DNA of 64,000 nucleotides from Felis catus (GCF_018350175.1 NC_058373.1:116314001-116378000); one strand, 5' to 3'. Shown: positions 1 to 13,202, counted from the first letter of the stretch. Numbers and translations: made by a program. The notes: generated by a model not told the origin, from the sequence alone.

Positions 1-149
1 AGGAAGGCTATGAAAACAGAGTGGTACAGGTACAGAAGTTAAGATACTACCTTATTCAGTCAAAAGGGATTAAAGATAATTTTCCAAAGACAGACAAATA
101 GAAATTAGCTAATAATTTGACAGACAAATAGAAATTTGTTAGTTGAGAC

Positions 150-1010
150 AAGGGATGAAGAGCCATGGAGTTGTAAAGAAAGTGTGTTAGGTACAGGAAA
201 CAGCAAATAATTTGGAATTGCTGGAGGTTTGGGTACATGCGGAAAGATGGCTTTCGGTAAGGCTGGAAAGGAAAGCAATGGCTGCATTATGAAATATCTT
301 TTATCCTGAACATTTTGGGGTGGAAATGAAAGGCCATCCGAATATTCAAGGTAAGGTAAAGAAATCATCAGTGTTGCATTTCAGAGAGATTACTTGGTCT
401 CTGGTGTGAAGGAGATTGAAATATAAGCAGGAAGGATCAGAAGTGGGTCAGTTGTGTTGCAATCTTGAAATTAAGAGGGACCTAACTAAAATTGGATTTA
501 GTGAATATATTTAGGGACTCTGTGGATAATGAGAAAAAAGAAGAGGGTCCAGTATGACTTCTGGGTAGGGTCTGGCTTGAACAAATGGTTAGATAGAGAT
601 ACTTGTGCCTAAGATTACAAATCTTTGAGTTTAGCAAGGAAGGTGGTTGTTTACGTATATGGACACATTTATTTGTTGATATTTATGGGGTATCTAGAGA
701 TGCATAGTAGGAAGTGATATGTAGAGAGGTTTGAGGTAATGGTTAAAAGATTTAGAATTCATTAAAGTGTAAATAAAAGACTGCTAACCTGGATTGATAC
801 GAGGAAATGGATGCAAATAGAACCCTGGAAAATGCCGGTATTTAAGTGATGGATAGAACAGAATTCCACAAAGGACACTTCAGAGGCAATATTGTCTGAA
901 AAAAAGCTTTTATTGCATTTGGCAGTTAATAGGTGATGGGTGACTTCAATAAAACAGCTTCTTTGGTGTTTTGGCTGAGGAAGCTAGATTAATACAAGCT
1001 TGAGTTTGCA
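150..1010 (-). mobile_element. Ancient L2-like LINE remnant
   Basis: Purine-rich degenerate sequence resembling antisense L2; boundaries approximate. Confidence 0.4.
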
Positions 1011-1039
1011 AAATATTAAGGATTAAGGTAAGATACTTT

Positions 1040-1241
1040 TTTAAAAGCTTAAAAAAAATTTTTTTTTTCGAGAGAGAATGCGTACACACGTGAGCTGGGG
1101 AGGGGCAAAGAGAGAATCCCAAGCAGGCTTCCTGCTTTCAGCACAGAGCCCAAAGTGAGGCTCGATCCCACAGACTGAAATCAATGAAGTGAGCTGAAAT
1201 CAAGAGTTGGATACTCAGCCGACTGAGCTACCCAGGTGCCC
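1040..1241 (-). mobile_element. Can-SINE
   Basis: T tail, (AG)n, ends cccaggtgccc; degenerate TSD gtaagatact/gtaacatact. Confidence 0.85.
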
Positions 1242-1303
1242 TGTAACATACTCTTTCTAAAATACAGTTGGGAAATTTTTACATAGTGAAGGTTGTTTCC
1301 AAG

Positions 1304-1527
1304 TTTTTGTATTTATTTATTTATATATATTAATGTTTATTTTTGAGGGACAGACAGAGCACAAGCATGGGGAGGGGCAGAGAGAGAAGGAGACACAGAA
1401 TCCAAAGCAGGCTCCAGGCTCTGAGCTGTCAGCACAGAGCCTGATGCAGGGCTCCAACCCACCGGCTGTGAGATCATGACCTGAGCCAAAGTCGGATGCT
1501 TAACTGACTGAGACACCCAGGCACCCC
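1304..1527 (-). mobile_element. Can-SINE (SINEC_Fc-like)
   Basis: Reverse complement of GGGGTGCCTGGGTG head with caggctccaggctctgagctgtcagcacagagcc body; TSD caagttttt. Confidence 0.9.
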
Positions 1528-2521
1528 TCAAGTTTTTATTTTTTAGGAAGATCTGAGACTTGATTACATTTATAAGGAGAGAGGGAAAACCCAGTAGAGA
1601 GGGAAATACTTGATGGGGCTAATCCCAGGAAGCAATTAGAGACAAGGAAATCCAAATGCAAGCTTCTCCCAGGTGTACTGCCTGTAAACCATCCTGGTGT
1701 AAAGGTTTTAGATCTGTGCTTTGAGTCCTGTTTTGGAAACTGAGTTGTTATTTAGAAGTTGCAGTCACAGCAGTGCGATAACTTTTCTAGCCCAGTGCAC
1801 AAAGGGCTGTTTAACTATAATTATCTAGCAATTAGAAAACTGCAAACCAGAACCTTGTATCCTAAAGGCAGGCAGGAAGATAAATTATTTTCCTTCGTTA
1901 TTGGATGTGGTGTTTCCATTAGACATTTTACTTTTATGTGTCACCCATTACAATAAACCTGCAGACTTAAAACAGAGTTTTAGGTGCTAATATGGAATGA
2001 TTTTCAAGAGAAACCATTTGTTTTTTTTCAAGATTTATTGAAGTATAATTGACAAAATTGTAAGATACTAAAAGTGTATGTGATATTTGATACACATACA
2101 CACTATGAAAGGATTTCTCTCATCAAGTTAATTAATACATTTATCACCTCATATCTTTTTTGTGTGTGAGAGCATTTAAGTTCTACTCTCAGCAAATTTC
2201 AATGATATAATACAGTGTTATCAGGTCTAGTCCTGTTACACAGTAGAGCCTTAGACCTTATCCTTTTTAAAAAAAGATTTTGTTTATTTTTATTTAGTTT
2301 TTTAATTGAGGTATAATTGACATATATAATTATATTAGTTTCCAATGTATATTTGATATTTGTATGTATTGTGAAATGATCACCACAGTTAGTCAAGTTA
2401 ACATCTTTCAGCACACAGTTACAAAGGTTTTTTAATGTATATCCTGATGAGAGCTTTTAAGGCCTTCTCTCCTAGCAACTTTCAAACACACAATGCTGTG
2501 TTATTAAATATAGTTACCACA

Positions 2522-2728
2522 GGGGTGCCTGGGTGGCTCAGTTGGTTAAGCATCCAACTTCAGCTTAGGTCATAATCTCACGGTTCGTGGGTTTGAGCCC
2601 CACGTCGGGCTCTGTTCTGACAGCTCAGAGCCTGGAGCCTGCTTCAGATTCTGTGTCTCCCTCTTTCTCTGCCCCTCCCTCACTCATGCTCTGTCTCTCT
2701 CGCTCTCAAAAATAAACATTAAAAAAAA
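2522..2728 (+). mobile_element. Can-SINE (SINEC_Fc-like)
   Basis: GGGGTGCCTGGGTGGCTCAG head, (CT)-rich linker, A tail; degenerate TSD aaatatagttacca/aaatacagtcacca. Confidence 0.92.
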
Positions 2729-2951
2729 TTAAATACAGTCACCATGGTTTATATTACATTTTCATGACTTACCCTATAACTGGAAGTGTTCATACCTTTT
2801 TACCTGCACTCATTTCTGGCACCCTCCATCTAGACCTTTACTGAAAGTTTGGACTCTTACCAACCTGTCCCTATTTCCCCCACATCCCAATCCCTGGCAG
2901 CCACTTTTGTATTATGTTTCTATAAATTCCACTTTTTGTTAAAAAAAAAAA

Positions 2952-2953
<2 letters not shown>

Positions 2954-2997
<44 letters not shown>
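2954..2997. repeat. (AC)n microsatellite
   Basis: About 22 perfect AC units. Confidence 0.95.
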
Positions 2998-2998
<1 letters not shown>

Positions 2999-3164
2999 AT
3001 GCAGTGTTTGCCTTTCTCTGTCTGGCTTATTTCAATTATTATAATGCCATCCACTTTCATCCATGTTGTTGCAAATGAAAAGATTTTCCTCCTTTTTAAG
3101 GTTGAATAATATTCCTGAATGTGATATATATATCACATGTGTGTTTTCAATAAAAAGGAAGGCT

Positions 3165-3401
3165 GGGGCGCCTGGGTGGCGCAGTCGGTTAAGCGTCCGA
3201 CTTTAGCCAGGTCACGATCTCGCGGTCCGTGAGTTCGAGCCCCGCGTCAGGCTCTGGGCTGATGGCTCAGAGCCTGGAGCCTGTTTCCGATTCTGTGTCT
3301 CCCTCTCTCTCTGCCCCTCCCCCGTTCATGCTCTCTCTCTGTCCCAAAAATAAATAAAAACGTTGAAAAAAAATTAAAAAAATAAAAAAAATAAAAAAAT
3401 A
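3165..3401 (+). mobile_element. Young Can-SINE (SINEC_Fc), CpGs intact
   Basis: Perfect 14-bp TSD aataaaaaggaagg (3149-3162, 3402-3415); long patterned A tail. Confidence 0.96.
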
Positions 3402-3502
3402 AATAAAAAGGAAGGTAATGTATTTCTTTTAATCAGAAGGAAGGTATATGCCCCAAAATGGATGTTTCCTTTGTGCTTTAAAAACACACACAAACACACA
3501 CA

Positions 3503-3700
3503 GGCGCCTGGCTGGCTCATTCAGTTGGTGTCCAACTTCGGCTCAGGTAATAATCTCACAGTTCACAAGTTTGAGCCCCGCGTTGGGCTCTATCCTGACA
3601 GCTTAGAGCCTGGAGCCTGCTTCGGATTCTGTGTCTCCCTCTCTTGCTGCCCCTCCCCCACTTGTGCTCTGTTTCTCAGAAATAAACATTAAAAAATATT
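3503..3700 (+). mobile_element. Can-SINE inserted in an (AC)n tract
   Basis: ggcgcctggctggctca head, aataaacattaaaaaa tail; aaaacacaca on both flanks. Confidence 0.88.
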
Positions 3701-3959
3701 AAAACACACACACACACACACATACACCAATGACTTGTATGTATAGACATAGAGTAATTATGGAAGAATATACAAGAAATTGACAACAGTAGTTGCTTCT
3801 AGGCAGTTAGACACATTGGGAGACATCACTGCATTCCGTTAGAAATGGTTTTCCTTTTTATCTATTCATTAATATGGACTTTTACGTTATTATTTTCTGA
3901 TTTCTGCTTCCTTGTGTTACTCTTCCATTTTTCCTTGAACTTTTTAGCTCATTAAAAGC

Positions 3960-4023
3960 TAAATTTGGGGGTGCCTGGGTCAGACGCTCAACCGACTGAG
4001 CCACCCAGGCACCCCTAGATTTA
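3960..4023. repeat. Inverted repeat made of two Can-SINE 5' ends
   Basis: ggggtgcctgggt (3968-3980) is the exact reverse complement of acccaggcacccc (4003-4015); pairing extends into the flanks. Confidence 0.85.
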
Positions 4024-4464
4024 ATGTTCAGTAAAGTTCTTGTATGTATTTCGAAGAGTCAGGTATTTCTACAAGACTTATCGCTAGGAACAAAAATCTC
4101 CTACCTGTTTATCCCTGCCTCAGAGTTACCACTTTCAGTTCTTTGAGCTGATTCTTTTGGTATTTACCTCCCTATGTTTAATTAACTAACTCACACTTCT
4201 TATATTTTGTCAAATTTTAGGTATTACCCATGGCCTGTGCTTTATGGCCATTGTAGGCTTAACTTATCTTTCACTTCTCACCCCACCTCTCTACCTTATG
4301 GTCTTCCTTATCTCTCTTGTACACCTCATATGTTTCCCTTATTATCACTGTGCAAATGCTATTCCTACATACATTTTGTTTTCTCTTTTTCTTTTTTTCC
4401 TTATGTATTTATCTCTCTTGCATTCTCAAACTCTTCTATATTGTTTAACTTCCTTCTCAGCAAA

Positions 4465-4660
4465 TCCAGAATCTGGAGGTTCAGTTCCTGGCTCTACCAC
4501 TTAACAAATTACTTGTATCCTCTAGAAGTGCCTAAGTTTCTCACCTATGAATTGGGGAGCAATAGAACATATCTTCAAGGATGGTAGTGAGAATTGTTTA
4601 AGAAATACTTAGCATAGATCTAAGAATGGGGCTTGACACATAATGTTCAATATGATGATA
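4465..4660 (+). mobile_element. MIR SINE remnant
   Basis: ggttcagttcctggctctaccactt ... cctaagtttctcacctatgaattgggg resembles the MIR core. Confidence 0.6.
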
Positions 4661-5515
4661 ATGACATTTTGATGTGGCCATTAAAAAAAGGTCTGTATGT
4701 TATGTTATGATATGTAATAATTTTCAAGACTGTTATTAAATGGGGTGGGGGGAAGCAAGTTGTATAATAAAATACAATTTGGATTTCCACTTCTACCATT
4801 CTCCCTTCTTGAATCCCCAGAGAAAGAAGAAGGAATAGAGTGCTGTTTACGTCATAGGCCATACTTAAGAACTTCTAACTATTCCTTTTATCAGTATTAT
4901 CTACTGTCTGCCAATTCCCATGCCAGTAGACTCCAGAGATAATTGCAGTGAGCAGACATGACATGACATATCCACATCCACGTTTGGTTGGCTTTAGAAG
5001 CTAGCCTTTGCATTATTTATTATGGGGAATATGGAGTTCATTATTCAAGAGCACTGAATGCCTGCTCAACTTTCTGGAAGATATAATGGCATATTATGAG
5101 CAAAGGTATCAGGACAAAAGCACACCAGTGTGAATATTCTTCTGTACCTACTGTGTTGTACCATCTGTTGCCTTTTCCCTGATTTATTATTATATATAAT
5201 CAAACATGTGGTGCACCAAGTTCCTTGGTATTTCTAAAGGGAGAACATAGCTTACCATAAGCTTAATACCACTTAAAATATGAAAGAATTGGACAGCAGG
5301 ACATATCAGAAGCAAATGTATTATTCCTATCTGAAGGTGATCTAGTTAGCTAGATTCTAGCTCATTAAAAAATAATAAATCTAAATTTATGTGGAATAAA
5401 ATGCAATTAATAATATAGCTGACAAGTTTCTGTTGAATTTAATTATCTTCCTCCAAAATACTGACATAAAAGGACTGTATGATAGATGATAAGTGAGAAG
5501 CAGATTTTTCTGTGA

Positions 5516-5647
<132 letters not shown>

Positions 5648-5923
5648 TAAGTAAAATCAATTGTTATCGAATTAAAGAAACATAAGTTCACATTTCTTTC
5701 AAGTTTAACTTTCCCACTGCCTTGTCAAAGTACCGTTCACTTAATCTATATTAAGTTTCAAATATATTAACTTTGGAACATTCTAACCAATTTGGCTGAG
5801 AATATTTGTTAGCGTTTTCTTTCCTAAAAAGTATTAAAACTATATTTTAATAAAAATATTCTCATTGTATGCTTATTTATAACATCTTGAATTTTTTAGG
5901 CATTTTCATTTGCTAATGACTAA

Positions 5924-6181
<258 letters not shown>

Positions 6182-6538
6182 TAGACAGTTCATCATGTTG
6201 TCTCATGAAGGCCTTTTGTAACTGGGAGAAAATGTTTGTATAGTTGTATGTTGTTGATTACCTTTATGTCAGATTTTAACCTGTTAATGAAATGCTCATT
6301 CCTCCAAGTTTGTTTCTATGCAATTAAAACAGTGTGCTAAACATTCATTTTCAGATTAGGTGAAATGAAGTAATTTCATTGTTTATAGAATTCTTAATCC
6401 TATTCAGGTTAAACTGGGATTTGAAAGATGAGTATTAACATAAATCAGACTTTGTGTTGTTCTTGTTGTTAAAAACTATGTCCTTGTAAATCATCTGTTA
6501 GTCATTTAGTGTATTTTCTTTCTCAAGAGCAACCTGAA

Positions 6539-6540
<2 letters not shown>

Positions 6541-6588
<48 letters not shown>
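6541..6588. repeat. (GT)n microsatellite
   Basis: 24 perfect GT units. Confidence 0.95.
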
Positions 6589-6590
<2 letters not shown>

Positions 6591-6949
6591 ATTTTTCAGA
6601 TTGAAGGGGAGAGCAATTATCTACTAATTAAATATACTTAAGAAAATATGGTAATTTAAAAATTTTCTAATTTAGTGAATTTATGTATTAGTAATTATCG
6701 GCTTTATGGAGATTGCATAAAACTTTCTTTTTCTAAGTTATTTTAGATTATTTCCATTTGTGAAAAACTGTATTTATATCAGTCATGAGTTATACTACTT
6801 ACCTTTACTGAACTTGAGCTGTTAACACATTCTTCAGAAAACTTTAGAAGTACAAAACTGCCTCACAATAGAATTCAGTTTTTTCTGGCTTTAGTTTCCA
6901 TGTTGTCAAAGGACATTTCATGTTAAATATAGTAGGATATTTCTGAATC

Positions 6950-8805
6950 TCTGACAGGTGTGAGGTGGTATCTCATTGTGGTTTTGATTTGTATTTCCCT
7001 GATGATGAGTGATGTTAAGCATTTTTTCATGTGTCGGTTAGCCATCTGGATGTCTTCCTTGGAGAAGTGTCTATTCATGTCTTTTGCCCATTTCTTCACT
7101 GGATTATTTGTTTTTTGGGTGTTGAGTTTGATAAGTTCTTTATAGATTTTGGATCCTAACCCTTTATCTGATACGTTGTTTGCAAATATCTTCTCCCATT
7201 CTGTTGGTTGCCTTTTAGTTTTGCTGATTGTTTCCTTCGCTGTGCAGAAGCTTTTTTTTTTTTTTTTTTGATGAGGTCCCAATAGTTCATTTTTGCTTTT
7301 GTTTCCCTTGCCTCTGAAGACATGTTGAGTAAGAAGTTGCTGCGGCCAAGATCAAAGAGGTTTTTGCCTGCTTTCTCCTCGAGGATTTTGATGGCTTCCT
7401 GTCTTACGTTTAGGTCTTTCATCCATTTTGAGTTTATTTTTGTGTATGTGTAAGAAAATGGTCCAGGTTCATTTTTCTGCATGTCACTGTCCCGTTTTCC
7501 CAGCACCACTTGCTGAAGAGACTGTCTTTATTCCATTGGATATTCTTTCCTGCTTTGTCAAAGACTAGTTGGCCATACACTTGTGGGTCCATTTCTGGGT
7601 TCTCTGTTCTGTTCCATTGATCTGAGTGTGTCTGTTTTTGTGCCAGTACCATACTGTTTTGATGATTACAGCTTTTGTAGTACAGCTTGAAGTCCAGGAT
7701 TGTGATGCCTCCTGCTTTGGTTTTCTTTTTCAAGATTGCTTTAGCTATTCAGGGTCTTTTCTGGTTCCATACAAATTTTAGGATTATTTGTCCTAGCTCT
7801 GTGAAGAATGCTGTTGTTATTTTGATAGGTGTTGTATTGAATATGTAGATTGCTTTGAGTAGTATTGACATTTTAACACTGTTCTTCTTATACTGGTGCA
7901 TGGAATATTTTTCCCTTTTTTTTATATGTCTTCAATTTCTTTCATAAGCTTTCTATAGTTTGCAGTGTATAGGTTTTTTACCTCTTTGGTTAGATTTATT
8001 CCTAGGTATTTTATGGGTTTTGGTGCAATTGTAAATGGGATTGATTCCTTGATTTCACTTCCTCTTCATTGTTGGTGTATAGGAATGCAGCCAATTTCTG
8101 TGTATTGATTTTATACCCTGCAACTTTGCTGAATTCATGAATCAGTTCTAGCAGGTTTTTTTGGTGGAATCTTTTGGGTTTTCCATATAGAGTATCATGT
8201 CATGTGCAAAGAGTGAAAGTTTGACCTCCTCCTGGCCGATTTGGGTGCCTTTTATTTCTTTGTGTTGTTTGATTGCAGTGGCTAAGACTTCCAATACTAT
8301 ATTGAATAACAGTGGCAAGAGTGGACATCCCTGTCTTGCTCCTGACCTTAGGGGGAAAGCTCTCAGTTTTCCCCCATTGAGGATGATATTAGCATTGGGT
8401 CTTTCGTATATGACTTTTATGATCTTGAGGTGTGATCCTTCTATCCCTACTTTCTTGAGGGTTTTTAATAAGAAAGGATGCTGTATTTTGTCCAATGCTT
8501 TCTCTTCATCTATGGAGAAGATCATATAGTTCTTGTCCTTTCTTTTATTGATGTGATGTATCACATTGATTATTTTGTGGATATTGAACCTGCCCTGCAC
8601 CCCAGGTATAAACCACTTGGTCGTGGTGAGTAATTTTTTTAATGTATTGTTGGATCCGGTTGGCTAATATCTTGTTGAGGATTTTTGCATCCATGTTCAT
8701 CAGGGAAATTGGTCTATAATTCTCCTTTTTAGTGTGGTCTCTGTCTGGTTTTGGAATCAAGGTAATGCTGGCTTCATAGAAAAGGTTTGGAAGTTTTCCT
8801 TCCAT
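6950..8805 (-). mobile_element. L1 (carnivore/feline type) internal ORF2 fragment with RT domain; frameshifted, no 3' UTR or polyA
   Basis: Minus-strand ORF pieces with L1 ORF2 motifs: [74 protein letters not shown]. Confidence 0.95.
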
Positions 8806-9004
8806 GTGTGGAACTAGCTTAATTTCCTTGGTATTGCAGTATTAAACCGAGATATCAGGAAATTGAAGAAGAAAAGACTTATAGCCAATTGTTATGTATA
8901 AGAGCTATCTAGAAGAATAGGGTCAATGAAAAATTATTTCTTATATTTTGCCAGTTGGGAATAAAAAATACATATTTTTAAAATTTTATGTAATTGTTGG
9001 CTAA

Positions 9005-9151
<147 letters not shown>

Positions 9152-9224
9152 TAATTTTGTTTAGGCTAATTTTTTGATTATAGTATTTGTCCATAATGCT
9201 GAAATATATGATGTTTTGTTTGGT

Positions 9225-9590
9225 TTTAATAACAAATATTTGTTTTCTCATGGTTTCTTTGAGTCGTGAATCTGATTATAATTGTAGCTCAGCTAGATGG
9301 TCCTAGTTCAGGATATGTTATGATGCTGCAGTTATTTGGGGCTGCCATCAACTGAGGCTGTTAGTAGGACTTAGTTCTTTACTGACCATTGGCCAGAGAG
9401 CTAAGGTCCTTTCCATGTGCCCTTACCATTAGCTGCTTGAGTATCCACACAGAAGGGCAGCTGGTTTTCCCCAGAGCCAGTGATCCTAGAGAGAGAAAGC
9501 CCAAGACATCATTTAGTAATTGATGCCGGATGTGACATACCACCACTTTTCTCTGTATCGGTTGATCGTGTGGGGCAACGCTGGTACAAG
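9225..9590. mobile_element. MLT1-like MaLR LTR remnant
   Basis: Motifs ctcatggtttct...agctcagctagatgg and gctgcttgagtatcc...gcagctggttttccccagagc resemble MLT1 LTRs. Confidence 0.5.
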
Positions 9591-9762
9591 TTTCAGAAAA
9601 ACTACATAATAAAACAGTGTAAAATGTTGACAGATTTTAGTTCTTACCTTCTCAAATTGACTTTGCTATTTTCTGTTAATAAGTAGAAATTGGACTGACA
9701 CATTAGGAGTTCTATGGTTCTCAAAATCACTTTTAATTTTCTCAATTTTATTCTTCTTTTAG

Positions 9763-9987
<225 letters not shown>

Positions 9988-10941
9988 TAAATAAGTATCA
10001 TTAAGTAACACTGTGGCTTGTGTTTGTTATACTTAGATTTGAAGCTGTGATGAGTCAAACCTTTTTCAGGATGCTTTAATTTCAGTTGAAGTATAAATGT
10101 CAATGCTACAATCCCGGCTTCCACAGAATAAAATTTACTTCCTCTCTGTATTGTTCTTCATAGACCTCTCATTGACAAATCCTTCTGTGCATGTTTGTGG
10201 CTTCTCTTTCCCGTCCTTATCCTTTCCTTAAATCTTTTCTATGTACAGGCAACCCAGTCCTCCTTAAGATTTCTGTTTGAAATATTTTTAGCTCAAAGCA
10301 TAGGGGGAACAGAGAGAATTTTGTTCCTCTTTCCACCAGAGACACTATGTCCTACCAGAGAAAGGTAGGAAAGAGTTGATGAGATGAAAAGAAATTTAAA
10401 ACATTTGTAATTGTTCTTACTTGTTCAGATTTTGGGGTAAAGCATAAAATGACTCAGAAAGAGGTAGAATGCCAGTCCACTTTAAATCCTGACTTGTCTT
10501 TCCTATTGTAAGTATTTGGTCTTTCTTCATTGGCCCCATGACTTGCAATATCCCATACTTGCTCGTTTTAGGGAAATAATAAAAGTTCATAACTATGTCA
10601 TCATTCATTATATATCAATGATTAAACAAACCAGTGGTTTTTCCTCAAACCTTTTTTTCAGTTAATGAATTACTATAAAGAGTAAATTCCTCAATTGTTT
10701 GAAGATAAATTAACTTGTTTAGAGAACTCTGAAGCCTTTGGAAGTTTTCTATTACAAACTTGACTTCGCATTTTCAAAGCAAATTTCTCGGGCCTTTTAG
10801 TAAAATTGTTTAGAGCATCATGGGACTGAAACCTTGGTCACCAGTTTGATCCTGAAGAGATAATGAAACATTAACCTGTAGGTTGCAGTAATGGCATTGT
10901 GCATACTTCTTATGTGTTCTTTTAATAAGGGAAAATGACAT

Positions 10942-11194
10942 GGGGCACCTGGGTGGCTCAGTCAGTTGAGTGTCTGACTCTTAATTTTGGTTCAGGTTAT
11001 AATCTCATGATTGATGGGCTTAAACCCCGCGTCAGGCTCTGTGCTGACAGTGCAGGGCCTGCTTGGGATTCTGTCTCTCTCTCTCCCTCCGTGTGTGTCT
11101 GTCTCTCTCTCTCTCTCCCTTCCTTTCCCTTCCTCCTTCCTTGTCCCTCCTCTTCTCTCTCTTTCAAAATAAATAAACAAAAATTTTAAAAATT
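10942..11194 (+). mobile_element. Can-SINE
   Basis: ggggcacctgggtggctcag head; TSD aagggaaaatgacat/aagagaaaatgacat. Confidence 0.92.
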
Positions 11195-11934
11195 AAGAGA
11201 AAATGACATAAAGCTGTATGACAATCTGTACTGGTTCTTTCATACAGTCAGGAAAAGAACTTAGTAGAATGATGTATTATTTTGATAGTGAACTGTTAGT
11301 ATTGCTTTCATATATAAAAAATAGCAAGTGTATCCAATTTGTTTTGAAGAGCAGTTTTCCTTACAGTAAGTCATTGATCATAATTATTTCTTTTTTGACC
11401 CTAACAAAATATTTAGTCTAAAGTTTTATAAATTTTGAATCAGTATAACATGTTTGACTTATTGAAAGCACTAGGTATTAGCAAAGTTTATTTCTTTTCC
11501 CTTCTATTGACTTTAGCAATGGAAAGAAAAAGATTATTCATTAGAGCATTTCCTGAAGCCAGCTATGTTTTCAGATTGCTAGAGAACCTTACTTTAAATC
11601 TTTCAGTTTATCCTAGATACTTTCCCCAATGAAATAAGGTGAAAGTATTATAAAAAACATTACTGACAGTGCAATGACTTCTATGAAGTGTGTGAATCTA
11701 AAACATATCATACCTTCATGTATGTTCCGAGATGTACATAAGATACACACACATACATATGCCCGTACACATACATGTACCTTAAGATTTTAAAAACAGA
11801 TAATTTTAATAGGTCATTTATTTCTTTTTGGGAAAAAGGGCAGTCTCATAATCTTACTAGCTTTTCTCCAGAAGTTATAGGCATAAATGAGAAAAAGTTA
11901 TGGTTAAAAACTGAGGTTTCAAGAATTAAAAAAA

Positions 11935-12143
11935 ATTTTTTTTTAATGTTTATTTATTTTTGAGACAGAGAGACACAGCATGAGCAGGGAAGGGGCAGAG
12001 AGAGAGGGAGACACAATGTGAAGCAGGCTCCAGGCTCTGAGCTGTCAGCACAGAGCCCGACGCGGGGCTCGAACCCACGAACTGTGAGATCATGACCTGA
12101 GCCGAAGTCGGACGCTTAACCGACTGAGCCACCCAGGCACCCC
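11935..12143 (-). mobile_element. Can-SINE (SINEC_Fc-like), CpG-rich
   Basis: Full body; TSD aagaattaaaa on both sides. Confidence 0.94.
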
Positions 12144-12178
12144 AAGAATTAAAATTTAAAAGGAAATTCATCTAAAAA

Positions 12179-12345
12179 TTTTTTAAGTTTATTTAGAGAG
12201 GGAGAATGAGCGGGGGAGGGGCTAAGAGAAAGGGAATTCATATCATTCCAAGCAGGCTATCTGATGACAGCGCAGAGCCCGATGCAGGGCTCAAACTCAC
12301 AAAGAGATCATGACCTGAGCTGAGATCAGAGCCACCTAGCGCTCC
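12179..12345 (-). mobile_element. Degraded Can-SINE
   Basis: ccaagcaggct...cagagcccgatgcagggctcaaactcac...tcatgacctgagc; TSD tcatctaaa. Confidence 0.8.
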
Positions 12346-13202
12346 TCATCTAAATTTAAGTCACATCTAAGTTGCAAAACTGAACGTGTATCAGAATTCA
12401 TAGAAGTTGACAACTGATTGAAATACTGGGTTTCTTACATTATTTATTTATAGCAGAGACAAGTTTGTGCTGTAAGATTTTCCTTTCACATCACTTTGCC
12501 AAACTATCGGCATACCTGGAAGATATTGCTGGTTTGGTTGTGGACCACTGCAATAAAGTGAATATCACAATAAAGCAAGACAAGTCAATTTTTTGGTGTC
12601 CCAATGCATATAAAAGCTATGTTTACCCTGTAGTCTAATAAGTGTGCCAAGATCATTACGTCTAAAAAGACAGTGCACATACCTTTTTAAAAAAATTCTC
12701 TTGCCAAAAAATGGTGACCGTCATCTGAGCTTCCAGCGAGTTGTAATCCTTTTGCTAGTGGAGGCCCTCACCTCAGTGTTGATGGCTGCTGACTGATCAG
12801 GCTGGTGGTTGCCAAAGGTTGGGGTGGCTGTGGCAATTTCTTAGAATAAGACAACAATGATGTCTGCTACATCAGTTGACTCTTTTACGAGTGATTTCTC
12901 TGTAGCATGCTATTTGATATCATTTTACCTACAGTGTAAGTAACTTCCTTCAAAATTGGAGTCGTTCTCCAAAATCCTACACTGCTTTATCAACTATGTT
13001 TACGTAATATTCTAAACCCTTTGTTGTCGTTTCAACAGTCTTCACAGCATCTTTACCAGGAGTAGATTCCATCTCATGAAACCACTTTCTTTGTTCATCC
13101 GTGGGAAGCAGCTCCTCATCCATTCAAGTTTTATCCTGAGACTGCAGCAGTTCAGTCCCATTTTCAGGCTCCACTGCTAATTCTAGGTCTCTTGCTATTT
13201 CT

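Larger units (their letters stand above)
2020..3120 (-). mobile_element. Two nested old L1 3' ends (L1MA9/L1_Carn-like), interrupted by a SINE and a (CA)n
   Basis: Two copies of the antisense L1 terminus (attgaagtataattgaca near 2037, attgaggtataattgaca near 2305). Later sequence continues L1 3' UTR (tctggcttatttca...ccatgttgttgcaaatg). Confidence 0.65.

Noticed and set aside
89..136. 18-bp direct repeat gacagacaaatagaaatt (89-106, 119-136)
   Set aside because: Only two copies 30 bp apart; a simple local duplication, not a CRISPR-like array. Similar micro-duplications occur near 16107-16137 and 40800-40836.
3165..3245. tRNA-like A and B boxes
   Set aside because: They are the tRNA-derived heads of Can-SINEs, not tRNA genes.
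6923..8805. Reverse transcriptase-like ORFs as a possible retron or novel RT system
   Set aside because: They are frameshifted LINE-1 ORF2 pieces; the catalytic FADD motif reads FAHD.
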